Assembly: GCF_009914755.1 (NCBI RefSeq) | Contig: NC_060947.1 | DNA length: 64,000 nucleotides | Source of the DNA: the human T2T-CHM13v2.0 reference genome, Homo sapiens | Reading direction: 5' to 3' (one strand) | In this document: piece by piece, positions 1-18,265 of the stretch | Layout: the number at the start of each line of letters is the position of its first letter | How positions within the stretch are numbered: position 1 is the first letter of the stretch | The notes under the pieces: generated by a model | What the model saw: the letters and a program-made list of their open reading frames with translations, nothing else | Database searches by the model: none | What the model was told of the DNA's origin: nothing | Program-made: the position numbers and the translations under genes

Positions 1-1064
1 AACACCAAAAGGAATGGCAACAAATGTCAAAATTGACAAATGGGATCTAATTAAACTAAAGAACTTCTGCATAGTAAAGGAAACTACCATCAGAGTGAAC
101 AGGCAACCTACAGAATGGGAGAAAATTTTTGCAATCTACAGATCTGACAAAGGGCTAATATCCGGAATCTACAAAGAACTCAAACAAATTTACAAGAAAA
201 AAACAAACAACCCCATCAAAAAGTGGGCGAAGTATATGAACAGACACTTCTCAAAAGAAGACATTTATGCAACCAACAGACACATGAAAAAATGTTCATC
301 ATCACTGGCCATCAGAGAAATGCAAATCAAAACCACAACGAGATACCATCTCATACTAGTTAGAATGGGGATCATTAAAAGGTCAGGAAACAACAGGTGT
401 TGGAGGGGATGTGGACATATAGGAACAGTTTTACACTGTTGGTGGGACTGTAAACTAGTTCAACCATTCTGGAAGACAGTGTGGCAATTCCTCAAGGATA
501 TAGAACTAGACTAGAAATACCATTTGTCCCAGCCATCCCATTACTGGGTATATACACAAAGGATTATAAATCAAGCTGCTATAAAGACACATGCACACGT
601 ATCTTTATTGCGGCAATCTTCACAATAGCAAAGACTTGGAACCAACCCAAATGTCCAACAATGATAGACTGGATTAAGAAAATGTGGCACATATACACCA
701 TGGACTACTATGCAGCCATAAAAAAGGATGAGTTCATGTCCTTTGTAGGGACATGGATGAAGCTGGAAACCATCATTCTCAGCAAACTATCTCAAGGACA
801 AAAAGCCATAAACCACATGTTCTCACTCATAGGTGGGAATTGAACAATGAGAACACTTGAACACAGGAAGGGGAACATCACACACCAGGCCCTGTCATGG
901 GGTGGAGGGAGCAGGGAGGGAAAGCATTAGGAGATATACCTAATGTAAATGACGAGTTAATGGGTGCAGCACACCAACATGACACACGTATACATATGTA
1001 ACAAACCTGCAAGTTGTGCACGTGTACCCTAGAACTTAAAGTATAATAATAAAAACTGAAAAAA
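1..1064 (+). mobile_element. L1PA-type LINE-1, 3' end (ORF2 C-terminus, 3'UTR, A-tail); continues left of the window
   Basis: ORFs 14-514 and 481-843 match L1 ORF2p C-terminus ([11 protein letters not shown]..., RCWRGC..HCWWDC, MFSLIGGN), split by an ACTAG duplication near 505-514. G-rich 3'UTR and 'ccctagaacttaaagtataataa' terminus. Confidence 0.95.
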
Positions 1065-1069
1065 TACAT

Positions 1070-4335
<3,266 letters not shown>

Positions 4336-4339
4336 AAAA

Positions 4340-4860
4340 CAGAATATATAGTATATGAACTCAATGGAATACTATTTAGCCATAAAAATGAAAGCCTGCC
4401 ATTCAGAAAAAACATAATCACTTTATTTTAAGTGAAATAAGCTAGGCATAGAAAGATAAACACTGCACATTACCACTCATATATGGAAGCTATAAAAAGG
4501 ATCTGATAGATGCAGGGATTATAATAGTGGTTATTTAAGGCTGGAAGTGGGGAAGGGGTATAGAGGATAGGGGGAATTGGTTAGCTGATAAAAATTGGAG
4601 TAATACATTTTAGTGTTTTATAACACTTAGGGTGATTACAGTTCATGATAATTTATTGTATATTTTCAAATAGCTAGAAAAGATCATTTTGAATATTCTC
4701 AACACATAAAAATAGTAAATTTTTGAAGTAATATTTTGATTTCCCTGACTCAATCATTACGCATTGTACACATGTATTAAAAATTACACTGTACCTCAAA
4801 TAGGGACAATTAATGTGCCAACTAAAATAATAATAAAAGCTAAATACATAAATAAATTCA
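4340..4860 (+). mobile_element. L1MA-type 3' end
   Basis: 'aatggaatactatttagccataaaaa'...'aatagctagaaaag...tttgaatattctcaacac'...'cattgtacacatgtat'. Confidence 0.8.
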
Positions 4861-5265
4861 ACAACAAAAACAACAAAATAGTACATAACTTAAATTTGCC
4901 TTAAATTAGGCATGAACAACTTCTTTACCACACGGAATTAACTCTGTTATCTAACATTAAATGGCAAATAATTTATTTGCTATTTTTGTCTTGATGTTTA
5001 TAATCATCTCAGTTTTCTCATGGAAAATGTTTTTATCTAGTATTAGGGAATTGTGGTGAGTATAATGTAAGAACCACATTGTCAACTGTCATATTAAATT
5101 CAAGTATAAACTATTGTATTTAATTCTCATGTATCTAACAATGTAATAAATACTGTAGAAGACACAAAGACACATTGCTATCAATATATTTTTATTTTCA
5201 ATAGAGATATGATCCTTATGCTAAATGACAAGATGTAAAGAGAATGTTTAAATATATTTTTTTAT

Positions 5266-7258
<1,993 letters not shown>

Positions 7259-7264
7259 CACTCG

Positions 7265-7475
7265 AATTTTGTAGTCAGATAAACTTGAGCTCAATTTGAG
7301 AGTTATTAGTTATGCAAGACATTATTTAAATTCATTGAACCTCAACTTCTTTATCAGTAAAATAGCAGTGATCATATCTACCTTGCAGGATGCTGGTGAT
7401 GAGGAAATAATATGAAGCATGTAAAGTGCCTAGCACAGGGCGAAATATCTAGTAGACATTTAATAAATGTTAAGT
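7265..7475 (+). mobile_element. MIR SINE
   Basis: 'gtcagataaacttgag'...'gaacctcaacttctttatcagtaaaat'...'gtaaagtgcctagcacag'...'taataaatgtt'. Confidence 0.8.
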
Positions 7476-7854
7476 ATCTTTCTTTTGCATATTTACCAGT
7501 ACTCTAATTAAGCCATTCTATTAGTGCTACTGGAGACATAGATGCCAATGAACTCAGTTAAAAAATTAAGCTTCCTGCTAGTAATCACTATGTTATTTCC
7601 TAAGTGCTTACAAACCATCTGATTGATAATCCATTCTATAGTTTTGTCATAGAGCCAAGCGTATCAAAATTTTCTGAGCGATATTACCAAAATTCATTTT
7701 CTTTTTGCCTGTAAAACCTCAAGCCATTTGTCCATTGTTATTCTCCTGGTACTTTTTTCCATCTTCAAGCTTCTATTGTCACTGTCTTTCCTCCATACAT
7801 CTTTTCACTATTTCTAAAAATCATATCCACATTCTTACACTATAAATTTATCCC

Positions 7855-8045
7855 ACTGAAATTGTTCAGAAAAATATGCCAAAAGTTCTTAAGGAATGTC
7901 AAGAAAAAAATTTCAAAAATGCTTTGAGCAATAGCAGCATCTCAGGAAAAACTTTCCAATTTCCCCAGCCTTTTCCTTTGATGAGAACAAGTACTCATTG
8001 AACTGGATCAGTCTTGTACATTTTATAAGCTTACAACTTCATTTC
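7855..8045 (+). mobile_element. MARNA-like mariner relic
   Basis: 'ttcaaaaatgctttgagcaatagcagcatc' resembles the recalled MARNA core; strongly decayed. Confidence 0.55.
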
Positions 8046-10191
8046 TGTGCATGAATTTTCTAAACCCTGTTACATAATAGGATGTTTTACAGCAAAGATT
8101 ATGTCATCGTCCACTTCATTATCTGTGACTGGGACATAGCAAGTGATGTCTATATGCTGAATAATAAAATGAATGCCCAAGGTTCTTCTTCTCTTAACAT
8201 AGTTCTTATATTTTTTCTTCACTGCGTGCTCATGAATGAAATACTGATTGGTAAAAAATGCCATAGATATATAACACAATCAGTAGTTTCATGGTAAGAG
8301 AGAAGCAATGTGTTAACTGATTTTGCCTCCCTTAGTATTTAAATCAATGCATAAATTTTATACTACATTTTTAATTTGTTTCCATTAAAAAATCTGCAAT
8401 TGATAGTCCAGACATATTTAGTTTTGTGACAGTTTGAGATCTCTGCTGGATTTGTCTCTTTTCCAACCATCACCTGAGAAGAGCCACCTCTGAAACAGAC
8501 CTGACTTCAATTCCATTCCAGTTCATCCTAGTTGCTAACTGCTTGACTATCTCCCATTTTCACCAGCTTTTATCTTTTACATTAAATGACTGAATCCATG
8601 CTTTCTAGAACTGGGCCTCTAAACATTTTGAAACTTGGTTTGGATACTACCTCTGAGTCTTCCTGCTTTTGGTCATTTTGTATATACTACCTTAGCCAAC
8701 ATAATTCCTAATGCTGGGGCTAATAGCTATTGGCTGCTCACTAATAAATCCATTTGAGGAACATGATTCGAAAGGAGGATCTCATAAACTTCTAGAAGCA
8801 ATTTTAAAAAGGCAGGCCTCTTGTTGTGTGGTTTATGGGCCCCACCTTCTATAGACTTAGCTTCTCCAACGCCATTGCAGTATCTACTCTGGAAGCAGTT
8901 CAGCAGAACCTCAGAGTGTGTGTTATCAAGTAGTTATACGTAAAGGAGAAAAAGCTTTCTGAATGCCTTTCATAGCATGCCTGATAATCATACTGAAAGT
9001 ACCATGGCAAATGAATGCTACCATTTGTAGCCTTCATCAGATTAAGGAGCCAGTCTAGTTGTGTAAAACACAATTTAATCTCACCAAAGAGGGGTCATGG
9101 AAAGATGCTGTTCTTTGACCTAGTTCTAAGAGCATATTTCATCAGATTTAAGAAACGAAGTGGCCCACATTTTTTAGCTTTGCAGTTAGCCAAGCCAATA
9201 AACTCTACACCCAATAAAGGCATAACTAGTCTTCAAATCTCATCTCAGCAGCATTCGCAATAATCTGTAATGACACACTTTCATTGTAGGACTGGATGAT
9301 AAGCTGAAGCCAGTGAGAGGGGCCAGCCATGACCTACTGATAAAAGACAATGGGCTAGCTTAGATTTAGCACATATGCCTACTTTATGATAGATCTGGCC
9401 ATGTCTCACAAAAGTGACCTATATGGGTCGTCTCTAGTGGCTCTATAAAAAGATGTCACATTGATGTCAGTTCAATTTAATGTTTTATACTCATCTATTC
9501 TAGGTCCTCAGCAGAAACTCAAAATATCTGTACTTTGGGTGGAACAGTAAATAGCTGGATACTGCCTACAATTCATACCTTGGAGAATTTTGGACTATCA
9601 GAACATTTTGGAGATCAAATTTTATTGCAATAGTTACCAACTTCAACTCCACCAAAAAGCTTGTATCAATAGGACTAGATATAATAGGAAAACCCACAAT
9701 AGTAGGGTGCTGAGACACATAGAAGTTCCTGTCTGCAGAACTTAATATTAGAGAGCATTTATAACTGTTGATGAATTCTGTCATGCATTGTTCATATCAG
9801 CCTTGTTCTTGAGATCACCCTAATTAGAAACCCATAACATTACTTCTTTATCCCTAGTCACCAGAAAACTGAGCTTCCATTCCAACTACTGCTATAGCCA
9901 TGGCTGAGTTAAAGGGATTGAGAGCCCGTTTGCTTCCCTAGCACATAGAACATGTATGGAACTGACAAGACATTTCATAGCAAGAGTTCCCACCCAGGCT
10001 TGTGACTTTCCTTTACACCTGGTGACCAAGGTCCATTGTTAAGGTATATACCTCATCAGGACCATAAGCTCAAATTTTCTGGGAATATTTTCTGGGAATA
10101 TTTACCAAAACATTGACAATGAGGATACATTAGGCCTTCAACCTCTCCTACTGGGCACCAATGCTCACTCTTGTATAGAAAATTGATGCCT

Positions 10192-10956
10192 CTACATATG
10201 AGTGAGAACATGCAGCATTCGCCTTTCTGTGCTTGGCTTATTTCACTTAACATAATATCATCCAGGCTAATGTATGTTCCTGCAAATGACAGAATTTCAT
10301 TGTTTTTATATGGCTAAATAGTATTCCATCATGTATATACTTACCACATTTTGTTTATCATTCATCTGTTCATTCTGTTGATTCCACATCTCGCCTATTG
10401 TGAATAGTGCTGTAATAAACATGGCAATACAAATATCTCTTTGACATACTGGTTTTCTTTCTTTTGGATATATACCCAGTAGTGAGATTGTTGGATCATA
10501 TGATAGTTCTATTTTTAGTATTTTTAGGAACTTCCACACGGTTTTTCATAATGGCTATACTAGTTTACATTCCCACCAATCATGTATAAGTTCCTTTTTA
10601 TTCCACATCCTTGACAACATTTAATCTCATAGAAGTAGGGAGTAGAATAGTGGTTACTAAAGGGTAGGGGGAGTACAGGAAAGACAGGGCTTAGGAGAGG
10701 TTGGCTAATGGATACAAAATTATAGCCAGATAAGATCAATAAATTTTAGTGCTTCATAACTTTGTGAGCTTACTATAGTTAGCAATTTATTGTTTTGTTA
10801 TTTTTTAAGAGTTGTTTTGTTTTGTTCATATAGCTAGAAGCCAGGCACTGTGACTCATGCCTATAATCCCAGCACTTTGGAAGGCCATTATGGGAGGATT
10901 GCTTGAGGCAGAGAGTTTGAAACCAGCCTGGGCAACATAGCAAGAGCCTATATCTA

Positions 10957-10997
<41 letters not shown>

Positions 10998-11310
10998 TTG
11001 CTGGGCATTGTGGCACACACATGTTCTCCTAGCTACTCGGGAGGCTGAGACAGGAGAATTACTTGTTGAGACCAGGATTTCAAGGCTACAGTGACATATG
11101 ATCATGCCACTGCACTCCAGCCTGGGTGAGAGTGAGCTGTCAAAAAAAAACCGAGATAGAAAGATTTTGAAAGGTCGTAACACATTTGTGAAGTGATGGA
11201 TTTGCAAATTATTTTGATTTGATCATTACACATTGTACACATGTATCAAAATATCACATGGTGCCCCATAAATCTGTACAATCATTATATGCCAATTAAA
11301 AAATTAAAAA
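10192..11310. mobile_element. L1MA 3' element with inverted 5' part (10192-10622 minus, 10624-11310 plus)
   Basis: The two oppositely oriented pieces are consecutive in L1MA consensus order. Ends in an A-rich tail at ~11297-11310. Confidence 0.85.
10839..11150 (+). mobile_element. AluJ with (AAT)n expanded middle A-region, inserted in L1MA
   Basis: 'ggaggattgcttgag', 'aggctacagtga', 'atgatcatgccactgcactccagcctgg'. (AAT)n at ~10959-10992. Confidence 0.9.
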
Positions 11311-11739
11311 GAAAGGATGAGCTATAACTATATTTAGAGCACTGTAGTTCAATTTAGGAATTATACTGGACTGCGTTTTCACTCTTCCTTGGCCCTGTAT
11401 TATTGGTAATTCCCAAATTTATGCATACTTTTTTTTAAACTATAGCATAACTATTGTAAGTAATTTAATCCATAATAAATAAATTTCAAATAAGTACTGA
11501 GGCAAATTGTCCAGGTTTACAGAATTTATATAGATCCATTCACTGTTGTCAGTGCTTGATTCTCAAACAGCAGTTAATTAGCACTCAATTTGAATTGTAT
11601 TAGCCATGGTGAAAATTCGCAAGGGAAGGAGAAAACACAGCTCTTACACACAACAGCTTTTCATTATAATTACAATTATTTATACTTTCTGATTTTGCTA
11701 TAAGTAATATATATTATATTTGAAACAGTCTGTATTAAT

Positions 11740-12260
11740 CATTTCTCTTTCTCTTTTATCTGTTTCATTTATTTTCCCTCCTCTCTTCTCTTCTCTCCTC
11801 TCCTCTTTCTTCCACCATCCTTCTCTTTCTCTTTTACTTTCCCTCCCCTTCTCTTTCTCCCTTTTTCTGTCTCTTTCTAATTATCCCTTTCTCTCTGCCT
11901 CCATTCTTTTCCAGTTTATTTTTCCCTTTCATGATTCTATCAATCTCACTCCATTTCTCTTTATTTTCTTTTCTTGTTCTGTGTGTTTCTTTATTTCTCC
12001 CTTTCAACCTTCTTTTCTTTAACTTCCTCTCTCACTCTCCTCCTTCTTTATTTGTCTACATATATTGTTATCCGAAGGTATATCCCTATTTCTCATTTGC
12101 TTGTTCTCTCTCTTTCTCTTCATCTCTGCCTCTCTTTTCTTCTAAGTCTTTTCCTATTTGTCTCTTTTTCCCTACTATCTTCCCTCCTCCTTTGTCTTGT
12201 TCTACTTTGGTTGTACCTCTGGTGTCCCTTTGTATTTCCTATTTTGTTTGTTTTTTTCTC
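11740..12260. repeat. CT-rich polypyrimidine low-complexity tract (left part)
   Basis: ~520 bp of almost only C/T on the + strand. Confidence 0.9.
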
Positions 12261-12468
12261 TTTCATTTTAATTTCTTATGATTTAATTTTACCTTATAGT
12301 TTACACAGAATAAATTAAATTTATTTTTAGTTTAGAGTAATATGAATTTTAACACATGTATAGATACATGCAACCACTAACACAGTCAGGATACAGAACA
12401 GTTACATTACCTCAAAAAACTCTCAGTTTTTGTCTTTATACTCATGCTATCATGCTATGTGGGGTGTC

Positions 12469-12518
12469 TGTGTGTGTGTGTGTGGGTGTGTGTGTGTGTA
12501 TGTGTGTGTATGTATGTG
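12469..12518. repeat. Imperfect (TG)n microsatellite
   Basis: Read directly. Confidence 0.9.
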
Positions 12519-13197
12519 TTGTGTAAAATACATTTTTAAAGCTATGTATTATTTTGAGGTAAGTTTTAGAAAAGATTTACAGCTAAAATCAAATTTCATT
12601 TTATATGAATATTTTTTTAACTCCAATGATGAAAAGACTATATTTTATTCATTGAATTACTTTTGTATCTTTGTCAAAAATAAATTGGACTTATTTGTAT
12701 GGGTTAATTTCTAGACTTTTAATCTGTTCAATTTGCCCGTGTGTGTGCCCCTTCACCAACAGCAAACAGTATTGATAAGTTTTATTTTATAAAAAGTCTT
12801 AAAAGAAAATAATGTGTGACCTCCAACTCTATTCTTTTTTTCAGTGCTATTCTGATTATTCTAATTTCCTTGCCTTTCAAAATAATTTTTAAAATAAGCT
12901 AATTCATATGTAAACAAAAATTCTGCTGTAATTAAGATTTGGATTACATTATATTTAAGATCAATTTGAAGAGACTTAACATGCTATCTATATTGACGTG
13001 TCCAATCCATGAACACAGTTTATGTGCTTATTTATTTACAAATTACTTATTTCATTCATCAGCATTGCAGAGTTTGCAGCGTACAGAAAATGCATGTGTT
13101 TTGTTATATTTATACCTAAGTATGTCTTTGTGTTTGTTTTAGAGCTATTGTAATGGTTCTTATTTTTAATTTGCTAACATAATAAAACACAACTCTA

Positions 13198-13336
13198 TTT
13201 TAGTTTTAGTTTTTGCTTTTCTGTAGAGATAGAATCTATCTTGCCCAGGCTGGTCTCAAACTCCTGGCTTCAGGCAATCCTCCTACCATGGCCTCCCAAA
13301 CTCTGGAATTACAGGTATAAGCCACTGTGCCAGGCC
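13198..13336 (-). mobile_element. FLAM / Alu left monomer
   Basis: 'gcccaggctggtctcaaactcctggcttcaggcaatcctcc...gccactgtgccaggcc'. Confidence 0.85.
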
Positions 13337-14013
13337 ACACAAGGGATTTTTACAGGTTGGTCTTGTAACTTCTGACCTTAGGATACTCACATATTGGTTA
13401 TAAGAAATTTTTTATATTCCTTGAAATTTTCTATGTAGACAATTCTGCAAATCAAATATGATCTGCAAATATAGATAGTTTCATATAATTCTTTCAAATC
13501 TGTACACATTTTATTTCTTTTCCTTGCCTTGTTACACTGGCTAGGACTTCTAATAAAATGTTTAATAGTTGTGTGAGAATGGACATTCTTACTTTGTTCC
13601 AAATTTTAGGGATATAACATTTAGTCTTAGTCTTTAACTAAAAAGTGCTGTTAGCTACAGCTTTTTGTAAATGCCTTATCAGATCGAGAAAGTTTTCTTA
13701 TATTACTAGTGAATTGAAAGTTTTTGTCTGGAATGCTTGTTGAATGGCATCAAATGCTTTTTCTACATGAATCAGTATCATCATTTAACCATTGTTATTT
13801 AATATCTTAATATAGTGGATCACGATGATTGATATTTGCATATTAAACAAGACATATTCCTGGCTTACACCTCAATTTGCTTTTGTTTATTATTTTATAT
13901 AAATATTGCTAGGTTATAATTGCTACTCTTTTATTGAGAAGTTTTGAATCTATGTCTGTGAAAGGTGTTGGTCAATTTCTTTTTTTTTTTCCTACACATT
14001 CATTCTATGGTTT

Positions 14014-15112
14014 TGCTACCAGAAAAGGGGTCTCGTCTCAGACCCCAAAAGCTAGTTCTTGGATTTCATACAGTAAGAATTCATGGTGAGTCACAGAGCA
14101 TAGTAAAGTGAAAACAGTTTATTAGCGACTCCTCTATTACAGAAAAGGGCACCCTCACAAAGCAAAAGGAGGAATGCCCTTACCTTAAATGTAGTGTTAG
14201 TTTATGCATGTTTTTAAGAACAGTGTTCTTTATTACAAAAGCTTGTGATCAGCTTGTGACAAGCTATTAGTATTGTTATTTTTCTGTTACTTTTGATTTC
14301 AGCAAGAATGTATGAGTGTACTATTATCTTTAATGCAAAATCTATTCTTAAAATAAAAAACGCTATTTGTTCTTAAAATATTGGGACATTTTCATAAGTC
14401 CTGGGTCTTTATTTAGTTAGTGTATTAGTCAAGGTTCCCTAAAGGGATGGAACTAATTGGATAGATGAACATATGAAGTGGAATTTATTAAGAGAATTGA
14501 CTCACACAATCACAACGTGAAATCCCACAATAGGTCGTCTGCAAGCTGAGGAGCCAGGAAGCCAGTCCAAGTCCTAAAACCTCAAAAGTAGGGAAGCCGA
14601 TAGTGCAGCCTTCAGTCTGTGGCCAAAGGCCTGAGAGCTCCTGGCAAAATCACTGGTGTAAATCCAAGAGTCCAAAAGCTGAAGAACTTGGAGTCTGATG
14701 TTCGAGGGCAGGAAACATCTAGCACAAGAGAAAGATGGAGGCCGGAAGACTCAGCCAGTCTAATCCTTCTATGTTCTTCTGCCTGCTTTTATTCTAGCCA
14801 CACTGGCAGCTGATTAGATTGTGCCCACCCAAATTGAGGGTGGGTCTGCCTTTCCCAGTCCACTGACTCAAATGTTAATCTCCTTTGGCAGCAGCCTCAC
14901 CGATATGCCCAGGAACAATACTTTGCATCCTTCAATTCGATCAAGTTGACACTCAATATTAACTATCACAGTTAGCATCATTAACTTATTCCCTCAACCA
15001 TAAACATTTTGAGACCAACAGTGTCCAACCCCTTGGGAATGTAACCCAACAGATTTGGCCTTATCCAGCCTTTATTTAAGATTGGGTCACTCTAGTTAGG
15101 ACGCCTCTGACT
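14014..15112 (-). mobile_element. ERV1 solo LTR (MER41/MER4-group-like), split by MLT2A
   Basis: Ends 'tgctaccagaaaagggg...agaccccaa' and '...ggacgcctctgac' (reverse of a TGTCAGAGGCG-type start). 4-bp TSD GTTT at 14010-14013 and 15113-15116. Confidence 0.8.
14421..14970 (-). mobile_element. MLT2A (probably MLT2A2) solo LTR of HERV-L
   Basis: 550 bp, tgtattagtc...caagttgacactcaatattaactatcaca. Perfect 5-bp TSD GTTAG at 14416-14420 and 14971-14975. Confidence 0.92.
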
Positions 15113-17937
15113 GTTTCGTCGTCGGCTAATAGTGAATTATAAAATAAATTGGAATGGCACTTTCTCCTTTATTTTTTTGAAGAGATTATGTAGATTTCGA
15201 ATTATTTCTTGATTCAATATTTAGTAGAATTTGCCAATAACACCAATTGGGCCTGAAGTTCTCTTTGTAGGAAGGTTTTAAACTACGAAGTCCATTTTTA
15301 ATAGACACAAGACAATTTCAGGACATTTATCTATTTGTTAGTGGATGAGCTTTTAGCTTCAAGAAATTGGACCAGCTCATCAAAGTTGCTGGATTTATAT
15401 GCATGTAATTATTTGTAGCATTCTCTCATTACTCTTTTAATGTCTGTTGGGTCTATAAGTGAATACTCATTGTATTTTCATTTAGTATAAAATATTTTTA
15501 ATTTTCCTTGAGACTTTAATTTAACCCACAGATTATTTAGAAGTGCATTGTTTAATTTCCAGGTATTGGAAATTTATCATCTATCATTCTGTTATGGATG
15601 TCTGATTTATATTCCACATAGTCGGACAACATATTCTGTATGACAGAAGTTCTTTTATATTCATCAAGATTTGTTTTATAACCCATGGCATAGTCTTTTT
15701 TGGTGAAGACTACATGGACGCTTGAAAGAAATTTGTATTCTGCTATTGTTGAGTAGAAGGTTCTATAAATGTCATTTATATCCTCTTTATTAATGGTGTT
15801 GTTCAGTTTTTCTACATCTTTGTTGATTTTTTTTCTTTCTAGACGTTTTATGAATTTCTGAGTTGGTTAACACCTATCAATTTCCATTTCTCCTTTCTCT
15901 ATTTTCTATTTCTCTTTTCAGTTCTATCAATTTTTTGCTTTAGATATTTTAAGCATTTTTTTGCTTTATATATTTTATATATTGTTAAGTGCATGTACCT
16001 TTAGAATTACTATGTTATGCCTTCTTGATGAAGTGACCCTTTTGTAACTATGTGATGTTCCTTTTGATATATAGTATTTTCCTTGCTCTGAAATTTACTA
16101 TGTTTGATAGTGCCATTCAAGTTTTCTTTAAATTAGTTTGGATGAGAAATATTTTTATCCTGTTTCCTTTAAAGGACCTATGTCATTATAGCAAAGGAAG
16201 TTTCTTTGTAGATACCATATGATTTAGTCTTTTTAAAAAATACACTCAAACCATCTCTGTCTTTTTAATGGTATATTTGGACCGTCTACCTTTAATGTTA
16301 AGTATTGCTAATGTTTGAATGTTAGAGTTTTTGTTATAGTCCTATACTCCTCCATGGGTCTTTTAATTTTTGTTAGTCTTTAGGCGGAATATTTTTTTGA
16401 TTTTTCAAGTGTGTCAACTTTTTCCTCGGTCATTTCCATTCTGTTATTAATCTAATATAGTAAGTTTTATATTTTGGTTTTTGGATTTTTCATTTGCCTA
16501 ATTTTTATCTGGATCTTCTTTGCATCTCTTACTTTGCTGATACTTTCTATTTTACCATTTGATTGAAAAGAGCCATTACTTTTTGGAATATAATTATATA
16601 ATAGCTGCTTTTAAGTCTGAATTTTTGATAATTATAACATATATATCATTTTTGGATTTATATCTGCTAATTATCAGTTCCCTTGAAAGACGTAACTTCC
16701 TGATTCTTTATATGCCATGTATTGTTGGATTATTTCTTGTATTTTTAGACATTATATTATGAGACTTAGGTCTTGTTTAAATTCTGAGTGGAATTTTGAT
16801 TTTCCTTTTGTTTTGTATTAGAAGCAATTGACTTAATGAGGGTCAAGGCACAATTTTCTACCCACATTCTGTGGGCTTTTTTTCAAATGTCACTACAGTT
16901 TTCACAGACTCTATAGCACTTTCAATCTGTACAGTGTGTTTGACCCTTTAGGCCCTGAATTTTGAATCCTAAGGAGAAACTTGATTTCTTTTTTTGCTTT
17001 GTTTGCTTTAGTAGGCAATAAACTTGGTCTACTCTGTAAATTCCTACATGTCCTCTGTGGTCTGTGAATCAAATATCATCATTTCAGTTTATATAACCTT
17101 TATAATGTTATTTGGATGAGTCTTGCATGTGTACCACCAAGTACCTCTTCTGTAACCTTAGTGGTAGTTTCTTCTGGAGATCAATTTTTAAAGCCATTGG
17201 TGTGATGTGTAAGATAGATCCATGCATGTGATCCTTAGAGATGACCCCAGGTATACATATACCACTTTATGAAATTGCTTATTATTTTCATCATCTCCAT
17301 GATTTCTCCCGCACTTTATAGTTTCCTGAATACGCTCCTGGTATTTTTTGCCAGAAATCCAAGGCCTTAGTTTCTTTACTCTGCTATACATATTTCACCA
17401 CTGTGGCTGCATTCCAGGGAAAGCAGTTAGTAGACATAGAAACCAAATATAATTGGGATACACCACACATTCTGGGGACAACAACTTCTTCAGTCACAGA
17501 GAAAGACTCTTTTATCTCTGAGAGTTTTAGACATCTACCCAGCCCAAACTACCACTTTGACACAACAGCATTACCTGGGTGTTGGAATAAGACTGAAGAG
17601 ACAAAATAACTAAAGGAATTTTCCCAAGGTTCTTTGAAACTTAGACACTCCCTTTCCTGTACATCAGAGCAAATAGAAAGGCATTCTTCTAAAGTTCTTT
17701 TTGTCTGCACCCAGTATGGTAGTCTAGATTTTGAACTGTCTTTTAGACCAGTCAGTCAATACTGGGATAAGTGGTGTGGCATAGGAAACTTACCTCTGTT
17801 TTGGTGGTATATCAAATTCTGATCTATTTCTCCAATTTTCCTATTATCATTTACTTTTTAGAATCCTTGGATAGTTGCATTCAGTGGGAGAGAGAGGAAG
17901 GAGTGTGCTCACCCCATCTCTTCTGATCCAAACCCAA

Positions 17938-18265
17938 CTCTCTTTTAATCTCTTTCTCAGATTTTATGTTTCTTTCTTTCATGACTCCTTTCTCTTTGCA
18001 TATGTTCATTAGTTTTTATATTTTTCACCCTTTCTCACTCTCTCCATTTTCTTCCATCTCCCCATATCACTTTCTGTAGTTGTATCTGTGCCTTATTTTG
18101 TTCTGTTTTGCTCTCTCCATAACATTTTTTCTTCTCTGTTTTTCTCTATCTCTGCTTCAGTTTCCTCCTGTCCATTTCACTTTCTTTACTTCTCTCTACC
18201 TTTGCCAACTTTCTTCTTTGTCTCTCTCTGTCATTCCCTTTTCAAATAAAATATTTATTTCTTTT
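17938..18265. repeat. CT-rich polypyrimidine low-complexity tract (right part)
   Basis: ~330 bp C/T-rich, same character as 11740-12260. Confidence 0.85.

Larger units (their letters stand above)
12260..17935 (-). mobile_element. Ancient L1MC/L1M4-type element, 3'UTR to 5' end with internal deletions; hosts an Alu monomer and LTRs
   Basis: Minus-strand 3'UTR at 12290-12450 and decayed ORF2 at 12600-16300. L1M4-like 5' start 'gagtgtgctcaccccatctc' near 17901-17920. Confidence 0.75.

Noticed and set aside
14-843. 166-aa and 120-aa ORFs
   Set aside because: Frameshifted L1 ORF2p C-terminus, not a host gene.
11720-12318. Overlapping Phe/Leu/Ser-rich 'membrane protein' ORFs
   Set aside because: Artefact of the stop-poor CT-rich tract.
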